NCBI GenBank assembly: GCA_028279755.1 | Contig: JANQNB010000018.1 | Span: 302,191-366,190, forward strand | Reading direction: 5' to 3' | DNA from: Candidatus Nanoarchaeia archaeon | GTDB lineage: Archaea; Nanobdellota; Nanobdellia; Woesearchaeales; UBA525 | Length of the DNA: 64,000 nucleotides | Shown here: one piece after another, positions 1-8,868 of the stretch | Numbering within the stretch: position 1 is the stretch's first letter | Layout: each line of letters opens with the position of its first letter | Notes under the pieces: generated by a model | Seen by the model: the letters and a program-made list of their open reading frames with translations, nothing else | Told to the model about the DNA's origin: nothing | The model's database searches: none | Program-made: the position numbers and the translations under genes

Positions 1-830
1 GCAGCAGGATTGTGCGCCACGTCGGTGAGCACGTTTGGCTTGACAAAGTCGAAACGGCCTGCCCATTTGGTTTCTTTCAGCGCTTTCTTGATGATAGCTT
101 CGTCGATGCCGAGCTTTCGCAAGACAGCAGCGGCGAGACGCGCGTTCTCCTGCTGGAATTCGCCCTTGAGGCTGAGCTCGAAGCGTTCTTGTTCTGGAAT
201 ATATAGTTTTGAATTATTATTTTTAGCCACTCTTTCAATGACGTCGAGACCATCAGTCGCCAGCGTAAAAACTGGCACGTTTTCTTTTACAATCCCTGCT
301 TTCTCAGCAGCAATCTTCTCGATCGTGTCGCCAAGCCAGGCGCTATGGTCCATGCTGATGTTGGTGATGACGCTCACGACAGGCACGACAACGTTGGTGC
401 AGTCTAAACGGCCGCCCATGCCGGTCTCGAGCACGACATAGTCGACGTCCTGTTCCTTGAAGTAGAGATATGCGGCTGCTGTCAGGAATTCGAAAAATGT
501 TGTTGGGATGCGATGCTTCTCGCTCACCTCACGCACCTGTTTCAGCAAGCGTTCCAGATCCTCTTTAGGAATGTCTGTGCGATCGATCTGGATGCGTTCG
601 GTAATCCGGTCAAGGTACGGCGAGGTGTACAAGCCAGTCCTGTTACCAGCTTCCTGCAGTCCCTGCGCGATCATGGCGCTTGTGCTGCCTTTCCCGTTCG
701 TACCAGCGATATGGACGCAGCGAAGGCTGTCTTGCGGATCGCCAAGCTTTGCGAGGAGTTCGATGAAGTGCTCGAGCTTGTATTCCTTGATGATCTCCGG
801 CAAGTGCATCAAGCGCTGGATCTCGTTCAT
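1..830 (-). CDS. folC: Folylpolyglutamate/dihydrofolate synthase (3' end runs off the window)
   Basis: Manual translation from ATG at 830: MNEIQRLMH...VHIAGTNGKGSTS...GLYTSPYL...FEFLTAAAYLYF...VLETGMGGRLDCTNVV...ITNISMDH...KAGI, all FolC motifs; absent from the ORF track because it has no stop in the window. Confidence 0.92.
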   Translation of the reverse strand, partial: MNEIQRLMHLPEIIKEYKLEHFIELLAKLGDPQDSLRCVHIAGTNGKGSTSAMIAQGLQEAGNRTGLYTSPYLDRITERIQIDRTDIPKEDLERLLKQVREVSEKHRIPTTFFEFLTAAAYLYFKEQDVDYVVLETGMGGRLDCTNVVVPVVSVITNISMDHSAWLGDTIEKIAAEKAGIVKENVPVFTLATDGLDVIERVAKNNNSKLYIPEQERFELSLKGEFQQENARLAAAVLRKLGIDEAIIKKALKETKWAGRFDFVKPNVLTDVAHNPA

Positions 831-868
831 GGTTGAGCGGCGAAGAAAGAGGTATATAAAAGTTTGGC

Positions 869-947
869 GCACCGCCGCGGCGCTCTTACTTCGTATGGTT
901 TGTGCTGCGGCCCTCTCGCTACGCATGCCGCGCCAAGGCGGCGGTGC
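869..947. repeat. AAG-bulge hairpin, copy 1 (REP-like dispersed element)
   Basis: GCACCGCCGC-GGCGC-TCTTAC...GCGCC-AAG-GCGGCGGTGC: 10-bp stem, 3-nt AAG bulge, 5-bp stem. Confidence 0.8.
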
Positions 948-1063
948 TATAGATTGGCAATGGAGGCTTCTCTGACGGATTGCCGCCAGAAGAGCTCGTC
1001 TATCTGGTTCACGTATGCTTCGTATTCCTGCCAGTCCATGTAATGCTTTTTCTTGAAGAGCAT
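947..1063 (-). CDS. 38-aa micro-protein MLFKKKHYMDWQEYEAYVNQIDELFWRQSVREASIANL
   Basis: SD-like GGGGGTGG, ATG 1 nt after the upstream stop, similar to the two upstream peptides. Confidence 0.6.
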   Translation of the reverse strand: MLFKKKHYMDWQEYEAYVNQIDELFWRQSVREASIANL

Positions 1064-1064
1064 C

Positions 1065-1181
1065 TTACCACCCCCTGAGGTAATGCTTCATCTCATCTTC
1101 GTCTGCGATGAGTCCCTGCCTGCTCAGCAGGCTGCTGACTTGTTCTGCGTATCTGTCCCTGTCCTGAAATGCTGCTGTCAT
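1065..1181 (-). CDS. 38-aa micro-protein MTAAFQDRDRYAEQVSSLLSRQGLIADEDEMKHYLRGW
   Basis: SD GGAGGT, ATG 1 nt after the upstream stop. Confidence 0.6.
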   Translation of the reverse strand: MTAAFQDRDRYAEQVSSLLSRQGLIADEDEMKHYLRGW

Positions 1182-1182
1182 G

Positions 1183-1266
1183 TTATACCTCCGCGCCAAG
1201 CGTGACGCGCTTCATCTGCTGGAAAAAGAGTTCTTCGATGAATGTCTGGTTCTCGTGGGCTTTCAT
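1183..1266 (-). CDS. 27-aa micro-protein MKAHENQTFIEELFFQQMKRVTLGAEV
   Basis: SD GAGGTGA 5 nt before ATG; TTAAATA TATA box at about 1311-1318 on the minus strand. Confidence 0.6.
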   Translation of the reverse strand: MKAHENQTFIEELFFQQMKRVTLGAEV

Positions 1267-1500
1267 GTGATTCACCTCTGTCGCTCTGACAGGCCTTGAT
1301 GTGGCAGAGTATTTAAGCGCCACGGGTGAATGTCCAGTGCTCTTCTCGACGATAGACACGGGCCAGTGGGTGTGCACGAAAAACTCGTTTTTTTCCACTT
1401 CAAGACTAGTTTTTTAAACAACAAAACTATACCTAAGACAGCAACGCAGCGACTTCTGTATACGCATGACGTGCAGAGCTTGCTGCCTGAGGTGACAAAA

Positions 1501-1740
1501 ATGGTAAAGAAACGAGGTCGCGGCCGTCCACGCGGTTTTGGCAGCGTCCCCCGCTCATACAAGGATCGATTCCAGAAGTTCTACTACGAGCACCGCGCTC
1601 GCCTGAACCAGGAACGGCGCAAACTGTACGAGGAACGCAAGGCGAAAGGGCTGTGCGTTCGCTGCGGCAAGATCGCGGTGAAGGGTAGTGTGTTCTGCCG
1701 CTCGCATCTTGACATGAGCCGCAAGTACAACAAGAACTAA
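1501..1740 (+). CDS. Small basic protein with an AT-hook-like RGRGRPR motif and a C-terminal CxxC...CxxH zinc finger
   Basis: SD GAGGTGA before ATG 1501; KKRGRGRPRG...CVRCGK...FCRSH. Confidence 0.75.
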   Translation: MVKKRGRGRPRGFGSVPRSYKDRFQKFYYEHRARLNQERRKLYEERKAKGLCVRCGKIAVKGSVFCRSHLDMSRKYNKN

Positions 1741-1778
1741 AACATATCTATTCTCAAATATATTATTTATTATATCTA

Positions 1779-2834
1779 TCAGAAATCCGTGATTTTCTTG
1801 TTCACGATGGTGGTATTGCCGCCTTCGCCTTTCTTGCGTTCGAGCGTGACAAACTTGCCTTCGTCGAGCGCTGCGAGCTTCCGCTGGAAGGTCTTATAGC
1901 TCACTTTGCCGCCTTCCTTCTTGTAGAGATTGTAGAGTTCGCCGATCTTCTTGCCGTCGTGCTGCTTGATCACGTCGTAGATGAAGCGTTCTTCTTCAGT
2001 GAGATCCTCGCTGCTCTTGATCGTGAACTCGTCCATGTTGCCCAACGCGGCGTTGACATGCTCAGCAGTGACTTTCTGGCTTGCTGCATCCTCTGCTTTC
2101 AACGTGGCCTGCCGCATCACGTACAAGCCGGTGCGGATGTCCTTTGCGCCTGCCGCTTTCTCGACGACAAGGTCGAAGGCTTTCGGCTCCCAGACGCCAG
2201 TGATGAACGCGTATTCTGAACGCTGTTCGAGAATGCCGCGTGTTTCCTTGTCGTTGTACTGCTTGAACTCGATCAGCTCTGGCGTGAGCCGTGATTTTAT
2301 GCGTTCGTCGAGCTCGATGAGCCAGCTCTTGTAGTTGGTGATGACAATGATGCTCTTCTTGAACAGTTCTTCGAGCAAGGAGTAGAGGAAATCGAACTCT
2401 TCTGCTTTGTCGATCTCGTCGAAGACAATGACTGCGCTTTTCTTGTTCACCATCGACGCGATGACCTTGATCAATTCCTGGCTGTTCTTGTTCTGCGTGA
2501 ACTTGAAGCCGAGGAGCTCGCAGAGTTCTAACAAGACTTTGTAGGTGGTGTTGGCTTGCCAGCAGTTCACATAGCAGACTTCCACGTCATCAGTGCGTTC
2601 TTCGAGGTCGCGGAGGACGAATCTGGCTGCTGCGGTTTTGCCGATGCCGGGTGCGCCGTGGATGAGCGCGTTGCGGCCGTTGCGTCCTTCGAGCAAAGGC
2701 GCGATCAGTCTCGCGAGCTCCTTTTGTTCCCGTTCGCGATACGGCAAGAGCTTTGGCAGGAACTCGTATTCGAGCGCGTCCTCGTTCTTGAAGAGCGATT
2801 CGCCAGCATTGAGAACATCGTCGAAGAGGCCCAT
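1779..2834 (-). CDS. cdc6: Orc1/Cdc6 replication initiation protein
   Basis: N-terminal FKNEDALEYEFLPKLLPYRE, Walker A GAPGIGKT, YVNC, Walker B IVFDEID, DERIKSRL, C-terminal wHTH. Confidence 0.93.
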   Translation of the reverse strand: MGLFDDVLNAGESLFKNEDALEYEFLPKLLPYREREQKELARLIAPLLEGRNGRNALIHGAPGIGKTAAARFVLRDLEERTDDVEVCYVNCWQANTTYKVLLELCELLGFKFTQNKNSQELIKVIASMVNKKSAVIVFDEIDKAEEFDFLYSLLEELFKKSIIVITNYKSWLIELDERIKSRLTPELIEFKQYNDKETRGILEQRSEYAFITGVWEPKAFDLVVEKAAGAKDIRTGLYVMRQATLKAEDAASQKVTAEHVNAALGNMDEFTIKSSEDLTEEERFIYDVIKQHDGKKIGELYNLYKKEGGKVSYKTFQRKLAALDEGKFVTLERKKGEGGNTTIVNKKITDF

Positions 2835-2981
2835 GGGATGTGAGCGAGGGCCTGGTGGTATTTATGGCTAGTGGTGGAATGGTCATTATTTTTCCATATA
2901 GTCAAAATTACTATATTTTATAACTACTAATTGGTGGTTAAAATAGAAAATTATTTAAACTCGAATTATTCATACGTGCCT

Positions 2982-3710
2982 ATGCAAATCCGTGATTTGG
3001 TGGCGCAATGTGCCTTGACGAAGAAAGAAGCGCATCTTCTTGAGGATCTCCTTCACCTTATTGAGCTGCATCCCAGTCTTGAAGAAGGAATGATTGATGG
3101 TGGTGTTGGCACGAAAATATACATTGATCCTCGCTATCGACACCTCAACACTCGTTCCTGGGATATTGACATGGTTTTCCCCGAACTTCCGGCAGATTTA
3201 CTGCCTCACTTACGGCCGATCACGGTAATCGAACGTGAAAGAATCGTCTATAAAATGTACGAAGTTGATATCACTTGCGTACCGGGAAAATTCACTGGAC
3301 ACAATCTTTATGTCCCAGGATACACGGACATTGACATAGCTGTCGGTGCGATTGCAGATATTGCCGTTCCTGAAGATGTGGATCCACTGATCATACCGCT
3401 TCAGCATGATGAGGGTCCTGAACGTCAGATTCGTTTTGTTCATCCTGGTGTTTTGATAGCTACTCAGCTCAAACCGCAAGGCTATAAATGGCAACGAGCC
3501 AACCGGGCACGTCTATTGTACCGATCCTTTGCCGAGGGAAGTCGGTTCGGATACACGCTCGGAGACGTTGAGGAGGTCTGCGCTTATGTTCTCAAGGAGA
3601 GCGGACTTGTCGGGACGTCGACCACAGATCATTTGCACAGACTGCGTGTAGATTTTGCGTCACGTGATGTTCCCTTCCGAAAGTTCGCTGAACGCGTTCT
3701 GAAAGGCTAG
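2982..3710 (+). CDS. Putative nucleotidyltransferase-fold protein (AbiEii/DUF2204-like)
   Basis: GG...R..DID motif (IDGGVG...TRSWDIDMV); own TATA box; atypical codon usage. Confidence 0.5.
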   Translation: MQIRDLVAQCALTKKEAHLLEDLLHLIELHPSLEEGMIDGGVGTKIYIDPRYRHLNTRSWDIDMVFPELPADLLPHLRPITVIERERIVYKMYEVDITCVPGKFTGHNLYVPGYTDIDIAVGAIADIAVPEDVDPLIIPLQHDEGPERQIRFVHPGVLIATQLKPQGYKWQRANRARLLYRSFAEGSRFGYTLGDVEEVCAYVLKESGLVGTSTTDHLHRLRVDFASRDVPFRKFAERVLKG

Positions 3711-3730
3711 CTCTCACGTAGCTCTTGGTC

Positions 3731-5440
3731 TCACAGAAAGTCTTCGATGTTCGCAGCTTCTGAGAATTCTGCACGCAAGGATGCAAGACGGGCATCGTCA
3801 ATACCTTCGTACAACCGCTGCGGCTGTCCGATCTGATGATCGGTAGAAATTCCGACCTGGCTGGCCTCGTCCCACCGTCCAGGAGCGCCGACTTCTCCCT
3901 CGAAGTTGAGCTGCTCGCTCCACAACTCTTGCATGCTACGTGGCAGGAAAGGTGCTGCCACGATCGCAAGACTGCGTCCAAGATTCAGCGCGAGGTTGAG
4001 GGAGCGTCGTGCATCTTCGGTGCGGCCTTCCCGTACGGCTGTCCAGGGCGCGGTTCGCTCGAGATACACGTTCCCGACGCTGGCAAACTCCATGACTTGG
4101 CGGTAGGCCTCACGGAACTCTGCGCGTGACAAGCGCTCTCCGATCTGCACCGGGAAACTGGCGATGTCTTCCATGAGAAAGCGGTCACTATCTGTGAGGT
4201 CGCTGAGTTCGCCCCCGACGCGGCCGTCGAACTTCTTCCGGATCTGGCTTAAGGTCCTGTTGAAAAAATTCCCAAGCTTGCCGATGAGCTCGCTGTTGAC
4301 ATGCGCCTGCATCTGGCTCCATTTGAAGTCAGTGTCCCGTGCTTCAGGAATCGTCGTCGTCAGATAGGCACGCAACACGTCTGGATGAAGATCACTCGTG
4401 AGTATGTGATGGGCGAACACGCCGATGTTCTTGCTCTTCGAGAACTTCTGCCCTTCGAATGTCAAGTAGTTCAACCCGACGATGTTGGTCGGCAGCTGGA
4501 TGTCCCTGTGGGCCATGAGCATGCCTGGCCAGAAGATCGTGTGGAACGGGATGTTGTCTTTTCCGAGGACGTGGATTCGTTCAGCATCTGAATTGAGCCA
4601 GTATTTTGCGAAGGCGTCACTGCCGAGCTCGTGTGTGAAACTCAGGTAGCCGATCGGCGCTTCGAACCAGACATAGAAGACCTGGTCTTGCACGCCGTCA
4701 TGATTGACCGGGATTCCCCAGGAGAGATCTCGCGTGATAGAGCGAGAGCGGAGGCCGTCTGCCAGCCACCGACTCGCTTCCCCGGAAACGTGGGGACGCC
4801 ACACATCTCGCTGACTCTTGATCCATCTGCCCAGATCACCGCGTACTCTGGGAAGGTCGAAGTAGAGCTGCGGCATCGCCCTCACGGTCAGTGCTTCTCC
4901 AGTGTTTGTACTGCGCGGGTTGACGAGCTCACCTGGCTCGAGCGGCCTGCGACAGCCGTCACACTGATCACTATAGGCTTCTTCATACCCGCAATCTGCT
5001 TGTGGACAAGTGCCTGTTACATAGCGGTCAGTGAGGAAATGTCCTTGTTCTGGAGAGAAATACATTGCTTCAACAGCCTGATGGATGAAGCCTTCTCTGT
5101 CAAGCGCGTCAAAGAACTGTCCTGTCATTCGATGGTGTTCGGGGCTTGAGGTTCGTGAGTAGTTTGTGTAACCGATTCCCATGGCTTCGTAGATTCTGCG
5201 GTGGGCGTCGTGGAGACGTTCGGTCAGTTCCGCTGTCGGGATGCCGAGTCGCTCGGCTGCCATCATTGCGGGCGCGCCGTGCTCGTCTGAACCACCGACG
5301 AGAACACTGTCCCGGCCCTGTGCTGTGTAGAACCTGTGCAGTATGTCGGCTGGCAGGTGCGAACCGACGATATTGCCGCAGTGCGGAAGATTATTGATGT
5401 ACGGCAACGCCGCAGTAATCAGTACTGGTGGTTTGCTCAT
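3731..5440 (-). CDS. metG: Methionyl-tRNA synthetase
   Basis: ITAALPYINNLPHCGN (HIGH-type), GSDEHG, zinc-knuckle Cys, YVWFEA, GKDNIPFH, KFSKS. Confidence 0.95.
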   Translation of the reverse strand: MSKPPVLITAALPYINNLPHCGNIVGSHLPADILHRFYTAQGRDSVLVGGSDEHGAPAMMAAERLGIPTAELTERLHDAHRRIYEAMGIGYTNYSRTSSPEHHRMTGQFFDALDREGFIHQAVEAMYFSPEQGHFLTDRYVTGTCPQADCGYEEAYSDQCDGCRRPLEPGELVNPRSTNTGEALTVRAMPQLYFDLPRVRGDLGRWIKSQRDVWRPHVSGEASRWLADGLRSRSITRDLSWGIPVNHDGVQDQVFYVWFEAPIGYLSFTHELGSDAFAKYWLNSDAERIHVLGKDNIPFHTIFWPGMLMAHRDIQLPTNIVGLNYLTFEGQKFSKSKNIGVFAHHILTSDLHPDVLRAYLTTTIPEARDTDFKWSQMQAHVNSELIGKLGNFFNRTLSQIRKKFDGRVGGELSDLTDSDRFLMEDIASFPVQIGERLSRAEFREAYRQVMEFASVGNVYLERTAPWTAVREGRTEDARRSLNLALNLGRSLAIVAAPFLPRSMQELWSEQLNFEGEVGAPGRWDEASQVGISTDHQIGQPQRLYEGIDDARLASLRAEFSEAANIEDFL

Positions 5441-5544
5441 ATCTACACAGAGACTTTCATCATTTATAAATCTTTTGTTACTACATAGTGAATACATCCA
5501 ACGCGGCCAAAACTTTATATTTCTGGCGTCTCCCTGTGCCTTCC

Positions 5545-7308
5545 ATGCATTACTCTTCCCTCGTGGACGTCTACGAAGCGCTCGAAGCCACTTCTAAGAG
5601 GCTTGAGAAGACGCACGTCTTGGCCGAGTTTCTGAAGCAAGTGCCTGAGCCTGAGCTTGAGCGCGTGATCCTCTTGCTCCAAGGCAGGCCGTTTCCGCCC
5701 TGGGATAGGCGAACGTTGGGTTTCTCGTCGAAGTTGGCAGTGAAGGCGGTTGCTGTCGCCTCAGGCGAGAGTGAGAAAAAGGTCACAGAAAGCTGGAAGC
5801 ACGAGGGCGACTTGGGCAAGGTGGCAGTGACGCTCGTGGGCAAGAAAAAGCAAGCGACGCTGGTCTCGCAGGACCTGACTGTGAAGGAAGTCTTTGACAC
5901 CCTGCAGAAGCTGCCTGCGATGGAAGGCCTGGGGTCGACTGACCGCAAGGTGAAGACCATCGCCGCTTTGCTAGGCCACGCAACCGGCAATGCTGCGCTC
6001 TACCTGCTCAGGACAGTGCTCGAGACCTTGCGCGTGGGTGTTGCTGAAGGCACCTTGCGCGACGCGATCACGTGGGCCTATCTGCAGCCTCAAATAAACT
6101 ACAATATGGAAAAGAATGATATCGAGTTCCATGAAGACAGCGACAGGGAAGCCTACAACAAGCTCACTCAGGCGGTGCAGAAAGCCTATGATCGCTGCAA
6201 TGACTTCAGCCATGTGGCAGCAACAGCCAAGCAAGGCGGCACAGCGGCATTATCTAAGATCTCCTTGGAATTAGGCACGCCCATCAGGGTCATGCTCAGC
6301 CAGCGAGAGCCCACGGTAGAAGCAGGAATGCAGCGTGTGGGCACGCCAGCAGCCCTGGAATTCAAATACGACGGCTTTCGCATGCAGGTGCACAAGGACA
6401 AGGACACGGTGACTATCTACACACGGCGCTTGGAGAACGTCACCACGCAGTTCCCGGACGTAGTGGATGCAGTGAAGGCTCACGTGAACGCCAAAACCGC
6501 CTTGCTGGACTGCGAAGCAGTGGGCTATGACAAGAAAACCGGGAAATACACGCCCTTCCAGCACATCAGCCAGCGGATCCGGCGCAAATACGACATCGAC
6601 AAGCTCAAGGAGCAACTCCCGATCGAGCTCAACGTGTTCGACATCCTCTATCTCGACGGCAAGGAATTGCTCGACTTGTCTTTCCACGAGCGGCGAAAAC
6701 TGCTGGAAAAAACGGTGAAAAACGTTCCGAAAGCTATAGTTTACAGTTCATATATCGCTACCGATAGTATTCCTGACGGCGAACGATTCAACGCCAAAAG
6801 TCTTGGTGCAGGCAACGAAGGCATCATGTGCAAAGCCCTCGATGGCGTCTACAAGCCAGGGAGCCGTGTCGCCACGTGGGTCAAGGTCAAGCCTGTTTTA
6901 GATACGATGGATCTTGTCGTGGTAGCTGCTGAGTGGGGTGAGGGCAAGCGCTCTGGCTGGCTCACAAGCTTCACTGTCGCATGCAAAGGCGATGAAGGCG
7001 ACTATGTCACGATCGGCAAGGTCGGCACTGGCTTGAAAGAGCTTGAACAAGACGAGGGTGTGACGTTCAACCAAGTCACAGAGCTGCTCAAGCCCCATAT
7101 TGTTCAGGAGAAAGGCCGGGACGTTGTTGTGAAGCCTGATCTCGTGTTCGAGCTCGCGTTTGAAGAGATCCAGCAGAGCCCGAGTTATGAAAGTGGCTAC
7201 GCACTGCGATTCCCAAGAGTTCTCCGCGTCAGAGACGACCGTGACCCAGAAGAGATCACAACCCTGGAAGAAGTCCGGGTAGCGTTCGAGCACCAGCGCG
7301 GCAGATGA
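5545..7308 (+). CDS. lig: ATP-dependent DNA ligase
   Basis: EFKYDGFRMQVH (KxDG), EGIMCK, WVKVK, GKVGTG, LRFPR. Confidence 0.97.
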   Translation: MHYSSLVDVYEALEATSKRLEKTHVLAEFLKQVPEPELERVILLLQGRPFPPWDRRTLGFSSKLAVKAVAVASGESEKKVTESWKHEGDLGKVAVTLVGKKKQATLVSQDLTVKEVFDTLQKLPAMEGLGSTDRKVKTIAALLGHATGNAALYLLRTVLETLRVGVAEGTLRDAITWAYLQPQINYNMEKNDIEFHEDSDREAYNKLTQAVQKAYDRCNDFSHVAATAKQGGTAALSKISLELGTPIRVMLSQREPTVEAGMQRVGTPAALEFKYDGFRMQVHKDKDTVTIYTRRLENVTTQFPDVVDAVKAHVNAKTALLDCEAVGYDKKTGKYTPFQHISQRIRRKYDIDKLKEQLPIELNVFDILYLDGKELLDLSFHERRKLLEKTVKNVPKAIVYSSYIATDSIPDGERFNAKSLGAGNEGIMCKALDGVYKPGSRVATWVKVKPVLDTMDLVVVAAEWGEGKRSGWLTSFTVACKGDEGDYVTIGKVGTGLKELEQDEGVTFNQVTELLKPHIVQEKGRDVVVKPDLVFELAFEEIQQSPSYESGYALRFPRVLRVRDDRDPEEITTLEEVRVAFEHQRGR

Positions 7309-7350
7309 TTCCCATAAGCTATTTAAGATGACGCTCACTCTTCGGCAGTG

Positions 7351-8145
7351 ATGACGCGGCGAAAGCGACGTAAGGACTGGGAGCCGACTGTGCCCCTTGC
7401 CTCGGGTGGGCCGACGCGTGTCATGCAAACGCGTACACGAACACGGCGACTTGAACATCTGACGCAACTTCAGCGAGAGCACCTCCTGTTCCTGGCACGA
7501 CAACACGGTGTCGAGCGTGACGTGGCCGAGTTTGAGCCGCCATTCTGCGATGAGGTCCGCTCAATTGTTGCAGAAGCAAACAGACCGGGGATTCAGGCAG
7601 TACATGGGACCTCGCACGCATTCCTGTACCATCGCCATTTCTATCATCTGCTGGCAAGCCCGTGCGGGCCGGTCACGACGATCAGTGCGAGCGCACCTGT
7701 TGTCCTTGTCGGCAGAATTGGCCCGTATGCTGGCGCTGTCTTTCAAGTGAAAGGACCGGATTTCCAGAAAGCAGCACAACGCTTTGCAGGCCACTGTAAT
7801 GTACTCTGCTCGATCCTGGATCGCCAACTCGACCGTGGCGATTATTATCACGAGTCAGATCTCCTTGCCATTGAATTGAAGCCGAGTCCGCAATTGTTCA
7901 ATGAAGTCTGCTACTGGTTCTCGCACAACGCTCCGCAGGTATTCAGACCAGCAGCGCATATGTTTCCCAGGAGAGGAGAAGAGAATGGAAATCGTGTCTA
8001 TTGCAACTCCGATCTTAAGCGGTTTGTGGAGCGGCCTACTGCCATCACTCTTGACCAGAAGGCACTTGCTGGCCCGCAGCGTGGTCCGCGACTGGTGGAT
8101 GCAGCTGCGCCTGATACCTATTACGTGCTGCCCTTCCAGCGATGA
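7351..8145 (+). CDS. Hypothetical protein
   Basis: About 265-aa ORF filling the gap, with a TTTAAG TATA upstream; no recognisable motif. Confidence 0.55.
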   Translation: MTRRKRRKDWEPTVPLASGGPTRVMQTRTRTRRLEHLTQLQREHLLFLARQHGVERDVAEFEPPFCDEVRSIVAEANRPGIQAVHGTSHAFLYHRHFYHLLASPCGPVTTISASAPVVLVGRIGPYAGAVFQVKGPDFQKAAQRFAGHCNVLCSILDRQLDRGDYYHESDLLAIELKPSPQLFNEVCYWFSHNAPQVFRPAAHMFPRRGEENGNRVYCNSDLKRFVERPTAITLDQKALAGPQRGPRLVDAAAPDTYYVLPFQR

Positions 8146-8216
8146 TTATAAAGGATTGTTCCACGCCTTCTCGATTCTGGCTCCACACCAGTATAGATTC
8201 TTGCACATTGAAACTT

Positions 8217-8242
8217 GACCCCCCTCGGTTTCCTGTGGAAAA
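8217..8242 (-). promoter_or_regulatory. ORB-like (origin recognition box) sequence
   Basis: Minus strand reads TTTTCCACAGGAAACCGAGGGGGGTC, matching TTCCAnnnGAAAC plus a G-string. Confidence 0.5.
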
Positions 8243-8246
8243 GAGA

Positions 8247-8272
8247 TGTTTCACAAATGGAACAGTGTTCCA
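8247..8272. promoter_or_regulatory. Operator-like palindromes upstream of the wHTH gene
   Basis: TGTTTCA-N4-TGGAACA-G-TGTTCCA; perfect palindrome at 8258-8272 just upstream of BRE/TATA. Confidence 0.5.
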
Positions 8273-8313
8273 AAAACGATAAGTATAAATAATACAAAGC
8301 TTTCACGGTTCGT

Positions 8314-8868
8314 ATGGCAGAACATGCAGTGGAACCGGCAAAGCTCCTCGAAGGCCTGTTCGACCGCAAGAAGATGGTGGTGATCAAGCACTTGCTGGAC
8401 CACAATGAGCAGGATTTCGGCGTGAGAGAGCTTGCGAAAGCAACACGCGTGCCGGTCGCGACCACGCATCGGATCCTGCAGACCCTGCTCAAGATGGGGA
8501 TTGTCGAAGACCGAAAAGTCAAGCACACCAAGTTCTATCGATTAAGCCAAAGCAAGGCAACTGCCTTTCTTGACGAGCTCTTGGCAGTGAAGAAAAGCGC
8601 GATCGAAGAGTTTGTCGAAGCAGCAAGCAAACTGCCTGAAGTACGCGAAATCCTGCAGCACGGCAAGCCGAGCAAGGAGAAAGCGAATCTCCTGGTGATC
8701 GGCCAGGGCATGGATGCAGCAGCACTCTCCAAGATCGTTGGCGAGATCAAAGACCGATACAAATTCACCATATTGCATATGACGCTGAGCCAGGAACAGT
8801 ATGATCAGATGCTTTCCATGGGGCTCTACGCTGGCGAGAAACTCACCTTGTATCGTCGAGAAGGGTAA
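8314..8868 (+). CDS. wHTH transcriptional regulator fused to a degenerate minimal nucleotidyltransferase-like domain
   Basis: GVRELAKATRVPVATTHRILQTL HTH; C-terminal ILQHG...ANLLVIG lacks the catalytic GS/DxD. Confidence 0.7.
   Translation: MAEHAVEPAKLLEGLFDRKKMVVIKHLLDHNEQDFGVRELAKATRVPVATTHRILQTLLKMGIVEDRKVKHTKFYRLSQSKATAFLDELLAVKKSAIEEFVEAASKLPEVREILQHGKPSKEKANLLVIGQGMDAAALSKIVGEIKDRYKFTILHMTLSQEQYDQMLSMGLYAGEKLTLYRREG

Noticed and set aside
869-947. Bulge-helix-bulge splicing motif reading of the AAG-bulge hairpins
   Set aside because: Only one 3-nt bulge is present, the inner helix varies from 3 to 7 bp rather than 4, and orientation is inconsistent with transcription.
2835-2981. AT-rich region upstream of cdc6 as a replication origin
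   Set aside because: No ORB repeats visible; explained by divergent TATA promoters.
8146-8208. 20-codon minus-strand ORF MCKNLYWCGARIEKAWNNPL with an upstream G-rich SD-like tract
   Set aside because: The G tract is equally explained as the ORB G-string, and the ORF is too short to support without conservation data.
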